Origin: Catajapyx aquilonaris
Lineage: Eukaryota
DNA: 42,636 bases
Direction of reading: 5' to 3'
Assembly (NCBI GenBank): GCA_000934665.2
Contig: JYFJ02003688.1
Span: forward strand, 1 to 42,636
This document shows, piece after piece, positions 1-11,927 of the stretch; position 1 is the stretch's first letter; each line of letters opens with the position of its first letter. The notes beneath the pieces are model-generated. The model had not been told where the DNA came from. It worked only from the letters and a program-made list of their open reading frames with translations, and did not search any database. The position numbers and the translations under genes were made by a program.

Positions 1-21
1 CAAATTAAAACCTTTCCTTAA

Positions 22-552
22 CCCTTAACTACGTAGGTGGGCGAAACACCTTTAACTACGTAGGTGGAGCCTGAGAGGCTCCAACGGCATATTTAAATTT
101 ATGCTTATCAACTAAATTATTATATTGGACTTTTCACATACAGAATGTGCAGTTCAGATCATTAGGCTTCCGAAAACGTAAAAATCACACGCTGAGTCAG
201 CATATTCTGACAGGGAAAATTTTTTAATTAAAAGGTTACATCAACAACTTTGAGCCGCTCTGGCTTCACCTGCATAGGGATAGCCTGAGTGGTTAGAGGG
301 ACCTGTTCCTCGTTACGATTTTTTTTAAACCAAAGAATAGGGACTAAAAAATTTGTTATTTCCTTTTCATGCTTAGGAAGGTTTTTCTGACAAAGTCACG
401 GAAGGAGAGTGGAAANTGCTGTGACAATTTCAGGTCCGCACCTCCAGCGAGACGGCTACGCCGGCGGTGCGAACACAACGCAGCACCCGTCCCTCGGCCC
501 AACTTGCCCTCCGCGAGTGGGAAAAATCGTCGTGATCGTGCGCCCTTAAGGG
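22..552. mobile_element. piggyBac-like non-autonomous element (possibly two fused fragments)
   Basis: TTAA (18-21) then CCCTTAA on the left; TTAAGGG then TTAA (553-556) on the right. Subterminal direct repeat TTAACTACGTAGGTGG (25-40 and 52-67) and a GGAGCC-N5-GGCTCC hairpin. Only 7 bp of terminal inverted repeat match; an N lies at 416. Confidence 0.5.
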
Positions 553-646
553 TTAATTTTGTAGAGAAATGATGAAAGATTAGCATTTTTAAGCATTGAA
601 AATTGCCCACTAAAATTTATATTGATTGAATTATTATTGTCAGCTA

Positions 647-1612
647 AGTGAAGTTGGGGTAAGTGTGGCCAGATTTTGATTAGGTGCAATTTAAAGGCAT
701 GCTACTTCCTCAGTAAATAGCAAGTGAGACAAAAATGTAATGGGAAATATACCTTACCAGCTTACCTTATTGGCTTTCAAAGTGGCCTATTGCATAACAT
801 TCATCTATGTGGGTACTCAGAAGAATAATCAAAATATGCTAGTGGTGCTTAGTGCCGCACTTGCCTCGCAATATGGAGTAAGTGCGACTTAGGAATTCTG
901 TCACAGTAATAAACTTTGTTCTGATTGCATAGGACTAGTGACACAAAGACATGAACGTCCTCTGTCAGTCTGTATATTCGGAATTTAAAAATTTTGAGTT
1001 CTTACGGGACAGAACTTTCGTTCCCTGCTCTGCAACAGATTGGCTAACAGTACCGGTACTGACATTATATGATTAAAATGCATTATGTGGAAGTATTTTC
1101 ACATCAGTGTTTGAAATTAGCCTGTCACCAGTTGCGGACTATCCATATGTCTTGTCGCCTCTTGTGGCGACCGCTAGCTTTATTCCCCCAATATTACATT
1201 TCGATCCATACACTTGTATTAATTGGGTATGCACTTGCCCTGTCTAGTTAGGGGTAAGTGCATCACTCCTTTTAAACCAGCCTGACTACGCCACCAAAAC
1301 GGCAAAACCGAACAATAACAGTGTGATAGTACACCTTAACCTCTTACGTACAGTGCTGGAGCGGTTGTGCAGCATGAGATTCAAGGCTTGTAAAAAAAAA
1401 TTCCAAAGGATACTTACATACTCGCCAGAGAAGTTAAAATTCCACCTTGAGCTTGGCGGCCATTTTATATCAACGTGATGTATACTTTTAGCAGAGTGGT
1501 AAAAGGTCTTAGTGAACGTTTACATGATTTTCAATAGCTCCTGCCACCTTGTGCTACATATTAGAAGCAATTCCGCACTTGCCCCATTGTCGCACTTAAC
1601 ACCAAATTACCT
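647..1612. mobile_element. Degenerate pogo/Tc1-mariner-type non-autonomous element
   Basis: TA-flanked imperfect inverted termini (left AGTGAAGTTGGGGTAAGTGTGGCCA; right reverse complement AGGTAATTTGGTGTTAAGTGCGACA). The motif GGGGYAAGTGCG/CGCACTTGCCCC recurs internally at about 855-890, 1230-1262 and 1573-1600. Confidence 0.5.
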
Positions 1613-2430
1613 TACTCAAAAAATTGAGCCATTTCTAACATTGCCAGATTTTTAAATAAAAAAGTCGCCAATGCTCCTTATTTTCTGCACGGCCATGTGA
1701 TGTAGGGAAACATTGCAAGATGGAAATTTTCAGTTTCAGATTTGTTGGTGGAGGATCTAATTAGGCAGAAACTGAGAGTCACTTTGTCATGTAATATTAT
1801 TAGGATTCAGGATTAGGCACTAAATATAGCGATTGGAGCCAACCAATATCCTGGGTGTGATACTCCCTGGTTGGTGTATCATCAATTATCATCCAATTAG
1901 AGCCTATTGTGCATTTGAAGTGTGCAGTATGCAGTTTACTCCATCGCGAGGAAGTTGTACCTACACAAAAGCTGGAAATCAATACTTAATTTTGTGAGAA
2001 CAAACTAACCTTGGCAAAGAGCAGAGGAGTTATTTTTAAAGCGTCAATAGTAGAGGACTAACTTAGTCCTGTTTCCAGTGTATTACAGTACACATTTGGG
2101 AGCCAGGAGGATAGGCCATGAAAATTTGCAATTAGCTCTTAACTGAACATTAAAATGATCGGTGGAACTAGGGATAAGTCTGCAGCCGTGAAGATTCCTC
2201 TTCATGATAACAAATAAGCAAAACAATCTCATTTTGAAGTCAGCCTTGCATTGAGGCCTTTGTAGATGTTATTGGTATTATAGTTGGCTGTCATGTGTAT
2301 TATGACACATTTGAAGGAAAAGTGGTAGGGATGTGAAGACTGGGGATAGCCAGTGTGATGGAGTTTACATAAAATTTTACCCATGTTCATTTTGCATCAG
2401 GGCTTTGATTAATCCACCATGTTATTCCAG

Positions 2431-4144
2431 ACAAGGGCACCGTGTATGCTTGTGGTGACAACAAAATGGGCCAATGTGGAGTGGGTAACCAAGATCCAAT
2501 TGTGAGTCGTCCCACTGAAATCAGTCTGAAGGGCCGCATGGTTAAGAAGGTGTCATGTGGAGCGGAGTTCAGTCTGGCCTTGGACACAAAGGGCCATGTG
2601 TACTCTTTTGGCTGCCCTGAGTATGGCCAGCTGGGTCACAATACAGATGGCCGCTACTTTGCACAGCGAAACAAGTTGGCTTTTGACTGTGAAACAGTCC
2701 CAAAGAGGGTTCTGGTGTTTGTGGAGCGCAGCAGAGATGGCCATGTGGCACCAGTTGAGGGTGTGGAAATCACTGACATAGCTTGCGGAGCCAACCACAC
2801 AGTTGCCCTTGACACTCAGAGGAGGGCATACTCCTGGGGGTTTGGGGGCTATGGAAGACTTGGACATGCTGAACAGAGGGATGAGATGGTGCCCAGGCTA
2901 ATCAAGTACTTCGAGGGTCCTGGAAGAAGGGTCAAGTCTGTGCATGCTGGATCAACTTTCAGCATGGCCATCAGTGAACTTGGTAGGGCTTAAGATTCAA
3001 TCTATTAGGGCAGTGGTTCCCCTCCTGACGGCCATGAACTTACACCAAATTCAAATATTAATTAAATGTGTTATTACTGCCGAACAACATGCTGAGATGA
3101 GGTGCTTGGATTTTGGAGGCTTTTTTATTGAGTAGTAGAGAGAGAAAAATACATACCATGTGTTTATAATAAGGGAACATATTGGTTTCTATCTGAACTT
3201 GGGAAGTAACGGGTATGCCCATTGCATGTTAACCTTCATCAAAACTGCGATGTTCGTGATTGACAGGAATTCTGCAAGGGTTTTCCCAGAGTTTTCACTA
3301 CCCTCGTATAAGGATATGCTTCCAGACTAAGATTTGAAATGACACTCGTGAGTGATAAATTATCACAAGGCTCATTGCGGCTCATTGAGTGCCTTGAGAC
3401 CAGTGGCCTATATCAACAGCATATTGCATACATTTCAACATTAAATGACCTTGCTACGTGACCTAACTATATAAGCATCATGCCAGTGACAAAGTAACCT
3501 CTGATAAATTACCTGACCTAGCAATATATCTGTCACACCACTGACAAAATAACCCTCTGATGTACCTGTGATAACCTACCTAGCCATCTAGATATGATAA
3601 AAAAGTTGTACTTAAACTGGTATGTAAATACGAATTGAATTTTTTAATGTCTCACATATCCTGCAGCTCAACAATGCAATACATCTGGACAGAGACAGTA
3701 ATGATTTTCCCTTGTGTATTCATTCAGGCGCTGTATTCCTATGGGGTCAGACAAAGAGAACAGGGGAGGCCAACATGTACCCGAAGCCAATCCAAGATTT
3801 GGGTGGGTGGAATGTGAAATGTGTGGCTTGCTCTCTAACGTCCATATTAGTAGTGGCAGATGACTCCCTGATATCCTGGGGACCAAGCCCCACATACGGG
3901 GAGCAGGTATGTTGATGTTTAAACATTTCAGGTATATGAGAATTTGATAAGGATGAGCTTGGTTTTGCTTCAGGGTCACGGTGAAACCAAGCGTTCCAGC
4001 AGCCATCCTGCGGAAGTGAAGGCTGTTGAAGGCCTGATTGTAACACAGGTGGCCTGTGGGCAGGGCCACTCCCTTCTGATTGTTAAGGACAGGACTGACG
4101 AAGAAAAGCAACTCATCAGCAAGCTGCCGGAGTTTGCTCCTTGA
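2431..4144 (+). CDS. RCC2: Regulator of chromosome condensation 2 (RCC2/TD-60) homologue, 3' part; 5' exons lie outside the window
   Basis: Exons 2431-2982, 3728-3906 and 3974-4144 join in frame at GT-AG sites. RCC1 repeats with RCC2-type motifs: SCGAEFS, SFGCPEYGQLGHNTDG, SWGFGGYGRLGHAEQRDEMVPRL, MYPKPIQDL, SWGPSPTYGE. C-terminus KLPEFAP*. Confidence 0.95.
3459..3567. repeat. Imperfect two-copy tandem repeat, ~55-bp unit, in an RCC2 intron
   Basis: TGACCTA..TATA...CCA.TGACAAA.TAACC.CTGAT occurs starting at 3459 and at 3514. Confidence 0.5.
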
Positions 4145-5503
4145 GCAAAACTAATTTCATTTCATCTTTCATTCTCTTTTCACAACTTATCTCCCATCAT
4201 TCTTCATTTCCTTCTGCAGAGGTGAGTCCTTTGATTTATTCGGAGGGAAAGGTCACCATTAGAGAGCCGAGTGGAAGCAGCAGACCATCACTGGCCAAAA
4301 GGTGTGCTTAGTGTTGGTCCTGAGTTCACTTCAAGCGAGAGTTGCCTGCATCCAATTCGCAGAAACCAATTAGACAGAGGGCGTTTACGGAGTACAAGTG
4401 GCAACAGAAGCTCAACGATCTCATTTTGGCAACATGTGCTACATGGATTTTTGTGGTTTACCTGGTCTCTCTGTTCTTCGATACCATTGTTTATTTTTTA
4501 CCCAGTGTGTGCCTCTCAAGTATTGCCGTGCACACAGACAGATCAACCGTGGCACTTAAGTTGTTCCTTGCAAGCCGCAGATTTGTTATTTTTATATATC
4601 CACACTCACTAGTACAATGCAGTTCCATAGCCCAGCCAGCACATGCCACCCAAATGCATGTGTAGCTTCAAATCCTTTGGGTTCCTCCTAGAGCAGATTT
4701 ATGGGTGATAAGAGATGGCCTTTTTTTTATAACAGCCTAGTGTTCCCTCTCATCCACACCTCAACTACAGATTCTTGGTCACATTCAATGCTGATCGATA
4801 GGTGGCAGGTGTTCGCACTCGTTTTTTTTCCCCCCCTCCTTCCCACCAGTGTGTAGTATTAAAAGGTTCAGGGGTTCAATATTTTTTCCCTTTTTGTCAA
4901 AAAGTGTTGTCTCAGCGGATGGTGCATATTATGGATATCCACTTTGTCCTCCAATGCAAGCTGACTGGGATTTTGGAAATTAATGTAGTACTTGGAAAGC
5001 AACTAAAAAAATGTGTAACAATGAGAGAGAGAGATGGCAATTTAATGGCAAGATCCAAGATAGATTAATCTACCTCCTGAATCCTCCATCCCCCCCATTT
5101 TTTCTATTTAGACAAGGTGAAAGCAAGTGTTTTTGTATTTATTACTATTATGGACGCACAGCAAGTGAGAATAATATTATCGAATGGTTATTCAGTTACT
5201 GGTTGTCTTCTTTTCGGAATTTTGCTAATCTTACGGGGAGCACAACAATGACGCTAGACTTTTTAAAAGTTTAAAATAGGGTCTTTTTTTGACCTAGCAT
5301 TTGGCATGTAATCACTGCCAGAAATTATTTGATCCAGTACCTGTTGTGCAGTTTTATTTATTTTTAAACAGATCTTTGTTGTAGGGATTTTTTTATAAAA
5401 AAGATTCAATTCTCACGAAACTGCCCTGCCCATACATGCATTTTTCTATGTGACTGTACAGAACACTTTTATCAGGTCAATGTTTTCAGAAAACTTTTAG
5501 AGA

Positions 5504-5509
5504 AATAAA
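5504..5509 (+). promoter_or_regulatory. Candidate RCC2 polyadenylation signal
   Basis: AATAAA about 1.36 kb after the RCC2 stop, at the end of a U-rich UTR-like stretch and followed by TG-rich sequence. Confidence 0.45.
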
Positions 5510-6243
5510 ATTATGAATGTCTTTCAATATGGTGTCTCTGATTGCTTCAGAATCCTGTTGCCCTTTGATTCAACTAGATCACAAGTTCTCAAAGTGCAGT
5601 CTGCAGCTCACCAGTGGGCCTCGCTGATTACAATCAGGAGTCTTTACAGGTGAACGACAATGTGCTTATTGTGCCTGGGTCTTCGGGACAGGAAGCATTC
5701 ATTTGTGAAATCATTGAAACTGTAACTGTCAAGTACTGCGCATGCTCTTGCCGCAGCGCTTTTCCTCTAGGTGAACTTGAGCTGCTTGAGAGGCAGTTGA
5801 CCTCCAAGAGGGGAGTCCCAGTGGCCTTGACACAAAATCAGTTTGAAGGTTGCTGGGTTGCTCTAAAGCTGATAACAGAACTGAACAAGCCGATAGTGGT
5901 TCTTCGTGCAAAAAGGATTGCCAATCACTCATTGAGTAAACCATTCAGCAGCATTTTATTATAAAACATGAGTTCAGGTATAACAATCTTAATCCTAAAT
6001 GCCTTGTAAATATATATTTTTCATTCTGTAAGAGGTTTTGGCCATGTTTCTGGCGACAAGCTGTACGACCAGCAATATCAGCATCATAAAAATCACAAAA
6101 TAGTCATGGAATAATACAGTATCTTATGTACAGCGCAACAGTCTGAGCAACGTCTCAGTCTTATTTCCCGGAAAGTAGTCCATTTCTATTTACAGTCTAG
6201 GTCACAACCCTGTGCAGTACATTTTGTGGAATGGAAGGCACGA

Positions 6244-6838
6244 TCACTTCAGCAAGACTCGTCTGGTGATCACGTGCAAGAAGGACAGTGTGGCAATGCA
6301 ACCGACCAGGAACCACAGGCCGGGAGGTACCACCGGGGACTTGGTCAGCAATGTTGTCACCAGAAGGACAGCCTGTGCCACAAGCAGCGTCAAAGCCAGG
6401 ATCAGAATGGCAGGGAAGGCCAGTGCCACCCCAAACGCCGTCGCGCGACGTCGCAGGCGTCGAGCCCTGAGCGAAATTTCCGCCGCCGAACCCAGCCCCG
6501 CCCACCGAAGCACTCCAACCAATGAGCGCCCTCCATGCAGCAGCGGTTTGCTCATCTGCGCACCTAGAATGAAAAGCACCATTTAGCGCATGACGTCACA
6601 ACCAATCGTCGCTGATTGGCTGATTCCAACGACAACGACCACCGTGTGAACCAAAAGCAACCTACCGAGAAGCGGCCACATGATGGGCTGAGGTGGCACC
6701 ACTGCAGATTTTCCGGCAGGCAGCACGTCGGTCATGGCTGATGCACCTGTTATGGTACAAAACAAATGTGAGAATTACTGTCCGACAGAGAGAAAGCTGG
6801 TGGTTGGTGCTACCTGATTGGTCAAGGCCTGACCTCAT
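6244..6838 (-). CDS. Uncharacterised small membrane protein (~141 aa; 129 aa if the ATG at 6735 is used) with a long hydrophobic hairpin
   Basis: Exons 6838-6814, 6746-6666 and 6563-6244 join in frame through 67-nt and 102-nt GT-AG introns with pyrimidine-rich acceptors (ttgtaccataacag, cttttcattctag). The 102-nt intron removes the only in-frame stop between two ORF-track fragments. Product: MRSGLDQSGASAMTDVLPAG...RARRLRRRATAFGVALAFPAILILALTLLVAQAVLLVTTLLTKSPVVPPGLWFLVGCIATLSFLHVITRRVLLK*. AATAAA on the minus strand at 5960-5955. Confidence 0.7.
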
Positions 6839-9309
6839 CTCCTGAAAATAATGGACCACAACAAGCAAGGAGCACGTGCTGTTCTCTCTCTTTCTATACA
6901 AGGGGCCGTTGACTTCCTATTTTCACCATATCGTATCCATTTTTAACAACAGAAACATTACGAGACCATAAATGCATTTGGCCGATGGTCAAGGTCTGAC
7001 CCATCGTTACAAAGTCAAGAACACAGCTTCAACCCATCCTGTTCATACAAAAAAAATAAGGGGGGTACAAGGTACATTCCTCCTGAAGTTGTACGACCGG
7101 TTTTTACCCATAATTTCGGTGCGGTTTGGGGGCATTCTCTTGCACAGGTGGGGGTTTCAACTTCTTCCGTACGTGTGCTGACTACTCAACCGGAAATATT
7201 CTCCAGACATGCATGACAATCGAGGCTTTTGGAGCATCGGTTCGCACCCCAATTATTTGCAAAGTACGCCATTTCCTGGCCATTTTTTTTTTGCACTTGC
7301 ATAGTTACGATCGGAATTTCCGGGCAGATAACGGTGCAAGCACAGCATCTTTCGCGCATCACTTGGTACATGGTTGCAACCTGTATGTCGTAATGTGCGA
7401 CATTGCCGGTGCGGATCTACAAAATTGCATATAGAGATGAAAACTTTCACGACACTCATAGTCAATGGCCACAACCGACTTTCTTTTCCTTGGATGCAAA
7501 AAGTGGCTTCATGTAACCAAGCACCGATCCGATTCTGTAAGATGTAGGGTTTGTTCTGCTGGGTATACATCAATGCGATTCTCCCTATGAGACAATACAA
7601 TGCACGGTCGGCGACTTCTTATTCTTGTACCGAGTTCGTGACCAGCCTAATAAAAAAAGAACCCCCAGCAGGGTCACTCAACCAGAGGAAAATGTGGAAA
7701 CAAAACCGCGTGAATAAACGACCCCTTTAAGAAAATGTCGCAAAAAGTACACACAGGTCATCGTTTCAATCGCTTCCCGTCTTGCCGTCGATTATACCAC
7801 AAATGGCTCTAAGCCAAATAGAAGAGGGGGGACTCTTTCAAAAAAAAAAAAATGTCAATGTCCTAACTCGGGAATAGATTGGGCTGAAGGTCGAGGTTAA
7901 TTTTGTTTCTGGGTCTCTCCTATATACAACTGCGTGGTGACCTTGATGTCACATTTGTCAATATAGTGTTAGGACCACGAGGAACGTGCATGAAGATCAG
8001 GTAACCCTTGACCCCTGCCTTCCTGCCATTGTCATAATTATTCCGTGGTTATCTTTAACGAGATTTGTTGTACATGAAGTGCGTGGCAAATATCTTCCGG
8101 ACTGACCCCGCGTGGGGTTGGAATAACGGACCAGTACTTTTTTTTGTGTGCCACACTAATGAGCTCATTTTGCGCAAGGTACAGTTACAATAATGCAATT
8201 TTAACAATTTGGGCTAGAAAATGCGTTCAATTCGGGGTCAAACTAAAATTTGCACTGTGCCCAATTTTTTAACAAATCCGGTTTTTTTCATATAAAAAAA
8301 TTTATGACATATGACAGGTACTTACAATTATTCTTGTAGACAAAATCCAGCTTGTGTCGTAATGTGTGGCAGACAAATGTGTGACCATCAGAGTTCCTTG
8401 TCTTGTGTGCGTTGGAGAGCTTTTGTGTGGACCACCTTCCCGATCCAAAGGCCGACTGTGTTGTGTGAAAGCTGCCTAAAGGGCTCCTTTTCCTTCATCC
8501 TTCCCTGGGGCCGCTGTTGCCAAATCGCCCGTCCTGACACATGCCCAAATCCAACTTTATCTGCGCTGTGCAGCCCCCTCAACCAATTACGATACTGCTT
8601 ATCTCAAGTGGGGAGGTTTTTAACAATTTTACTGCCACTTTTAGTCAGCCTAGACATAATTGCAATTTTTGACCGTTTTCTAATTTCTGCAATATTGCAC
8701 CGTATTGCACGAAACAATGCTCATAATAATGAACAATCTTTTACACCAAATTGTTGCCCAGTATACCTTGTAGAAAAAAAAGTGACGGAAATCCTATTCA
8801 TTACCAGAATGATGAGTCACTCCCAGTATTTTCCGATGGGTTTGATAATTAAGCCAAAATGACTAAGGTTACAGGAAATGTGTACCTGACGCTTACGGGG
8901 AAAGCTAGATACAACCGGCATTGTTATTATCATTCTTGATAACACGTACGATGCCAGGGAGGAGGAAAAAACTGTGTGGCGCACGTGAGTAGAGTCTCAT
9001 GCCCCTCGAAGAATGAAAAAAATAAGGTGAGAGTATTCCACCAACTGGTAACGTTATCTGGATATCAGGCGGGTTGAGTCAAATTACTCAGTATTTGACT
9101 CATGAAGTGCACGTGATCCACAACTGCTGGTATTTCTGTCCAGGGTCATTATGCAAGGAGATGTAATACAGTGCGTGTCTCGAAGGTTTTCAGATTCATG
9201 TATTACATTGTGATTCCTGACATGGCTCTGGCAAGGTTACCCAAAGCTAGAGGGTGTGGGGAAAATTAGTGGAAATGACAATGTATTTTGGTTGTCAAAA
9301 TTTACATTC

Positions 9310-9376
<67 letters not shown>

Positions 9377-9383
9377 TAATAAT
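9310..9383. repeat. (ATA)n microsatellite
   Basis: About 21 perfect ATA units followed by an interrupted tail. Confidence 0.97.
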
Positions 9384-10162
9384 CCACTCCTGCCAAAACC
9401 ATCATTTCAATAAATATACAGTAGCCCGCAACACATTGGTTAATTTTGTTGCATACAATGTATTTGTGAAAGGATTAGAGAAATTAGATATGGGGTGGGG
9501 ACAGAGATAATTGAGTCGTGATGTCCGGATGGGCCACTCCAGTCTAGACTGGGAGACAAACAGTGCAACAGGGCAGAGTCCGATTTGCATCAAGACAATT
9601 ATTGCGCTGTTGCATTGTGTTTCACAACATTCACACATTTCTTATCGGAATTAACCCTATCACCTCACCTACTTACCTAAATAAATTCTGATGCAATTCG
9701 TAAGTTCATTCTAGTCACACATCCTCAGGTGGATTCAAGCAATATGTTAAACATAAGTACAAACAATGAAGTTTGGTATGTAATACTGGGTGTGCCTGCT
9801 GCAATTTGCATAGGGCTTGGTAGGATTATGCATGCAAATCAGGGGTGCACATGCTACTACTTTATATATCTGGCTTCCATTGTAATAATGCTTGGAACAA
9901 ATGGTATATAAAGTGGCTGTACCAGGTCTAGGGATATCTCGATTGTTAATTAACAAAAGAATTCCATACGGGTAAAAGTCTGATTCTACAGTTTTGACTG
10001 TTTCCTGTTAGTGGACTTTGTTCTTTGCACAGTCAGCAGCAAGCTGTCTGTGGAACAAAGTTCCATCTGAATGCAAGAGGAAATCTCAAGTCAGGTCAAT
10101 CCTTTTGCTTTCGAGATTGTTTGAATTTGGCCTCTGCCCCAGGCTTTGTTGTATTTTTATTC

Positions 10163-10470
10163 CTATCCTTCAATGGGATAATACTTGGCACCATCCTTTT
10201 TATTGTTTCTGGCCAATGAATGAGACACCAAGAAACCCATTGTCCTTTTCACAAAAAACCCAGTACATTTTTTTTTCATATGCGCCTTGTTTTCGAAACA
10301 CATGTATTTTTGCAAGACAAATTCGTGGCATTCCAAGTGGCTACACAATGAGCTAGATAAAATCCAGCAACAGCTGGGGAATATGGGATGTGAGCCCAAG
10401 GGGGTAACTGCTCCCCAAAAAAGTGTCCACCAGTTCCTGGAACCAGATGGAATTCCACAGGGACCCTGTA
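10163..10470 (-). mobile_element. Decayed mariner-like transposase C-terminal fragment
   Basis: One frame reads H(x18)HIPYSPAVA, matching the spacing of mariner H...HPPYSPDLA. After a frameshift, CFENKAHMKKKCTGFFVKRTMGFL resembles the mariner RF.N..EVK..L..FF.SK...FY segment. Recognised by eye only. Confidence 0.45.
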
Positions 10471-11204
10471 CACTGGTTCCACGAAGTGGTTACCCCCTCG
10501 TGTGAGCCATAAAACACAGATGTAGTAGTAATAATGATTCAGTTAATACTTTATTTTCAAAGGAAAGTGACACTTGCTATAATACTAAAATATAAACACA
10601 ACCACATATTCATTTCAAATCTAAGCAAAATACAAAATATGTTTTGAGGCACAACTGTGTTTTGCACACTCATTTCTGATGTTCTTTTGACATCATTCAC
10701 AGATGAGCAATTATTCTTATTTTGTTAAAAAAAAGAGGAACAATACTACACAAGGGATACAAGCAAAGAAGTAAAAAATAATAAAACTAATGTACACCGC
10801 TGGAAAAATTGCCTTGTATCCAGGAGTGTAGCGCATAGGCGGGGACAGGTAGAATCGAGCATGGGTTGATTCATGAATGCTTCCACCTGTGCCCACTAAC
10901 CTGGCCCTTTGGCGCTGCTTTGCAGGGGTATGAGGCTCTATTTTCCAGTAGTGTACAGTCATGAGCATAATGATGATGACAGATTTGGCCAGAGCTCCAA
11001 CAAAAAAGTGAAACCTGGAATGTACCTCAATGGTTCAAATTGATTGAAATGTTGCATTATTTTATTACTTTTACAAATTGCAAATAGTCCCAGGTGATAA
11101 AACAAGAAGTTTTGCTTAAGTTTTTATAGAAATGATACATGATGAGCAATTTGCATTGTTAACTAAAAATGACACATAACGACATATTCCATGCTTTGGT
11201 TCTT

Positions 11205-11927
11205 CAGTTGAATCCAGATACAACAGACCTCAAGGGACCATGGAAAAGAGTATGTCATAACCAAGGTCTGTTAGCCAAATCGTCAATTGTATACAAAGTT
11301 TTCTGCTTTCCATATGCCCATAATTCATACTACTATACTGATTATTGAAATCCATCAAAAATGCAATATTAGCTCACCCAAAAATTAAGCAGGACCAAAA
11401 GAATCAGAAATTTTCTTCTGCTGTCTCCTTTTTGACAATTTTAGACTAGACCAGAAAAAAGCATTTTTTTCCCACCAAGGGGCCAAGAAATGGTCTATTA
11501 TACCTGAGGTGAGGTTAAAATGAGTCTGTTATATTAGGAGTAAAAATACACAGGGCCTTATGGAAGTTTGCCGGGACCTGCCTTTCAAGTATGTTATGAC
11601 TGAAAGTCCATTATAACCGAGCCCAGCCCCCCGCAACTCCCACGATAAGGAAGTTTAATATAAAAGTCTCTGTCTTGGCACTGGCGGGATCTTATGATTC
11701 GGGTGGACGCCGGAACCAACCCGAATGCCGAACCATTATTTCCACTTCAGCTGGATCCTGAATTTGCAGATCACCAGTCAGCCACCTGAACCACAAGATC
11801 CCCATGGGCCCATGCTAGCGCCAAATTCCAGGCTGGGGGGAGACTTTGATATCAAACAGCCTTTCCCATAAGGCTAGATAGGGAGTTGCAGGTGGCTGAC
11901 CAAGGCTGTTATATCCGGATTCAACTG
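11205..11927. mobile_element. Tigger/pogo-like MITE
   Basis: Terminal inverted repeats CAGTTGAATCCAGATACAACAG (11205) and CTGTTATATCCGGATTCAACTG (ending 11927). TA on the right flank, TT on the left. Internal (G/A)TTATAACC-like subterminal motifs. Confidence 0.8.
11624..11898. mobile_element. hAT-like MITE nested inside the Tigger-like MITE
   Basis: 18-bp TIRs with 2 mismatches (CAGCCCCCCGCAACTCCC vs CAGCCACCTGCAACTCCC), a second inverted pair GTTT(A/G)ATAT(A/C)AAAGTCTC, and 8-bp flanks ACCGAGCC / ACCAAGGC (6 of 8 identical) as a probable target-site duplication. Confidence 0.7.

Noticed and set aside
277..312. tRNA/SINE-like A-box GGGATAGCCTGAGTGGTTAGAGG
   Set aside because: No B-box (GTTCGA) or cloverleaf follows; it lies inside the putative piggyBac-like element.
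6197..6586. Several overlapping ORFs on both strands (6197-6505, 6212-6586, 6226-6525)
   Set aside because: These are shadows of the GC-rich minus-strand exon; only that frame has supporting splice sites.
7253..7600. Minus ORF with RYLPG...KKKWPGNGVL, faintly mariner-like
   Set aside because: Spacing is too compressed and no HDN or YSP block follows; not supportable by eye.
8311..8862. 183-aa Cys-rich plus-strand ORF
   Set aside because: No recognisable domain or consistent splice structure; composition looks non-coding.
9256..9510. ORF with a poly-Ile tract
   Set aside because: Artefact of the (ATA)n microsatellite.
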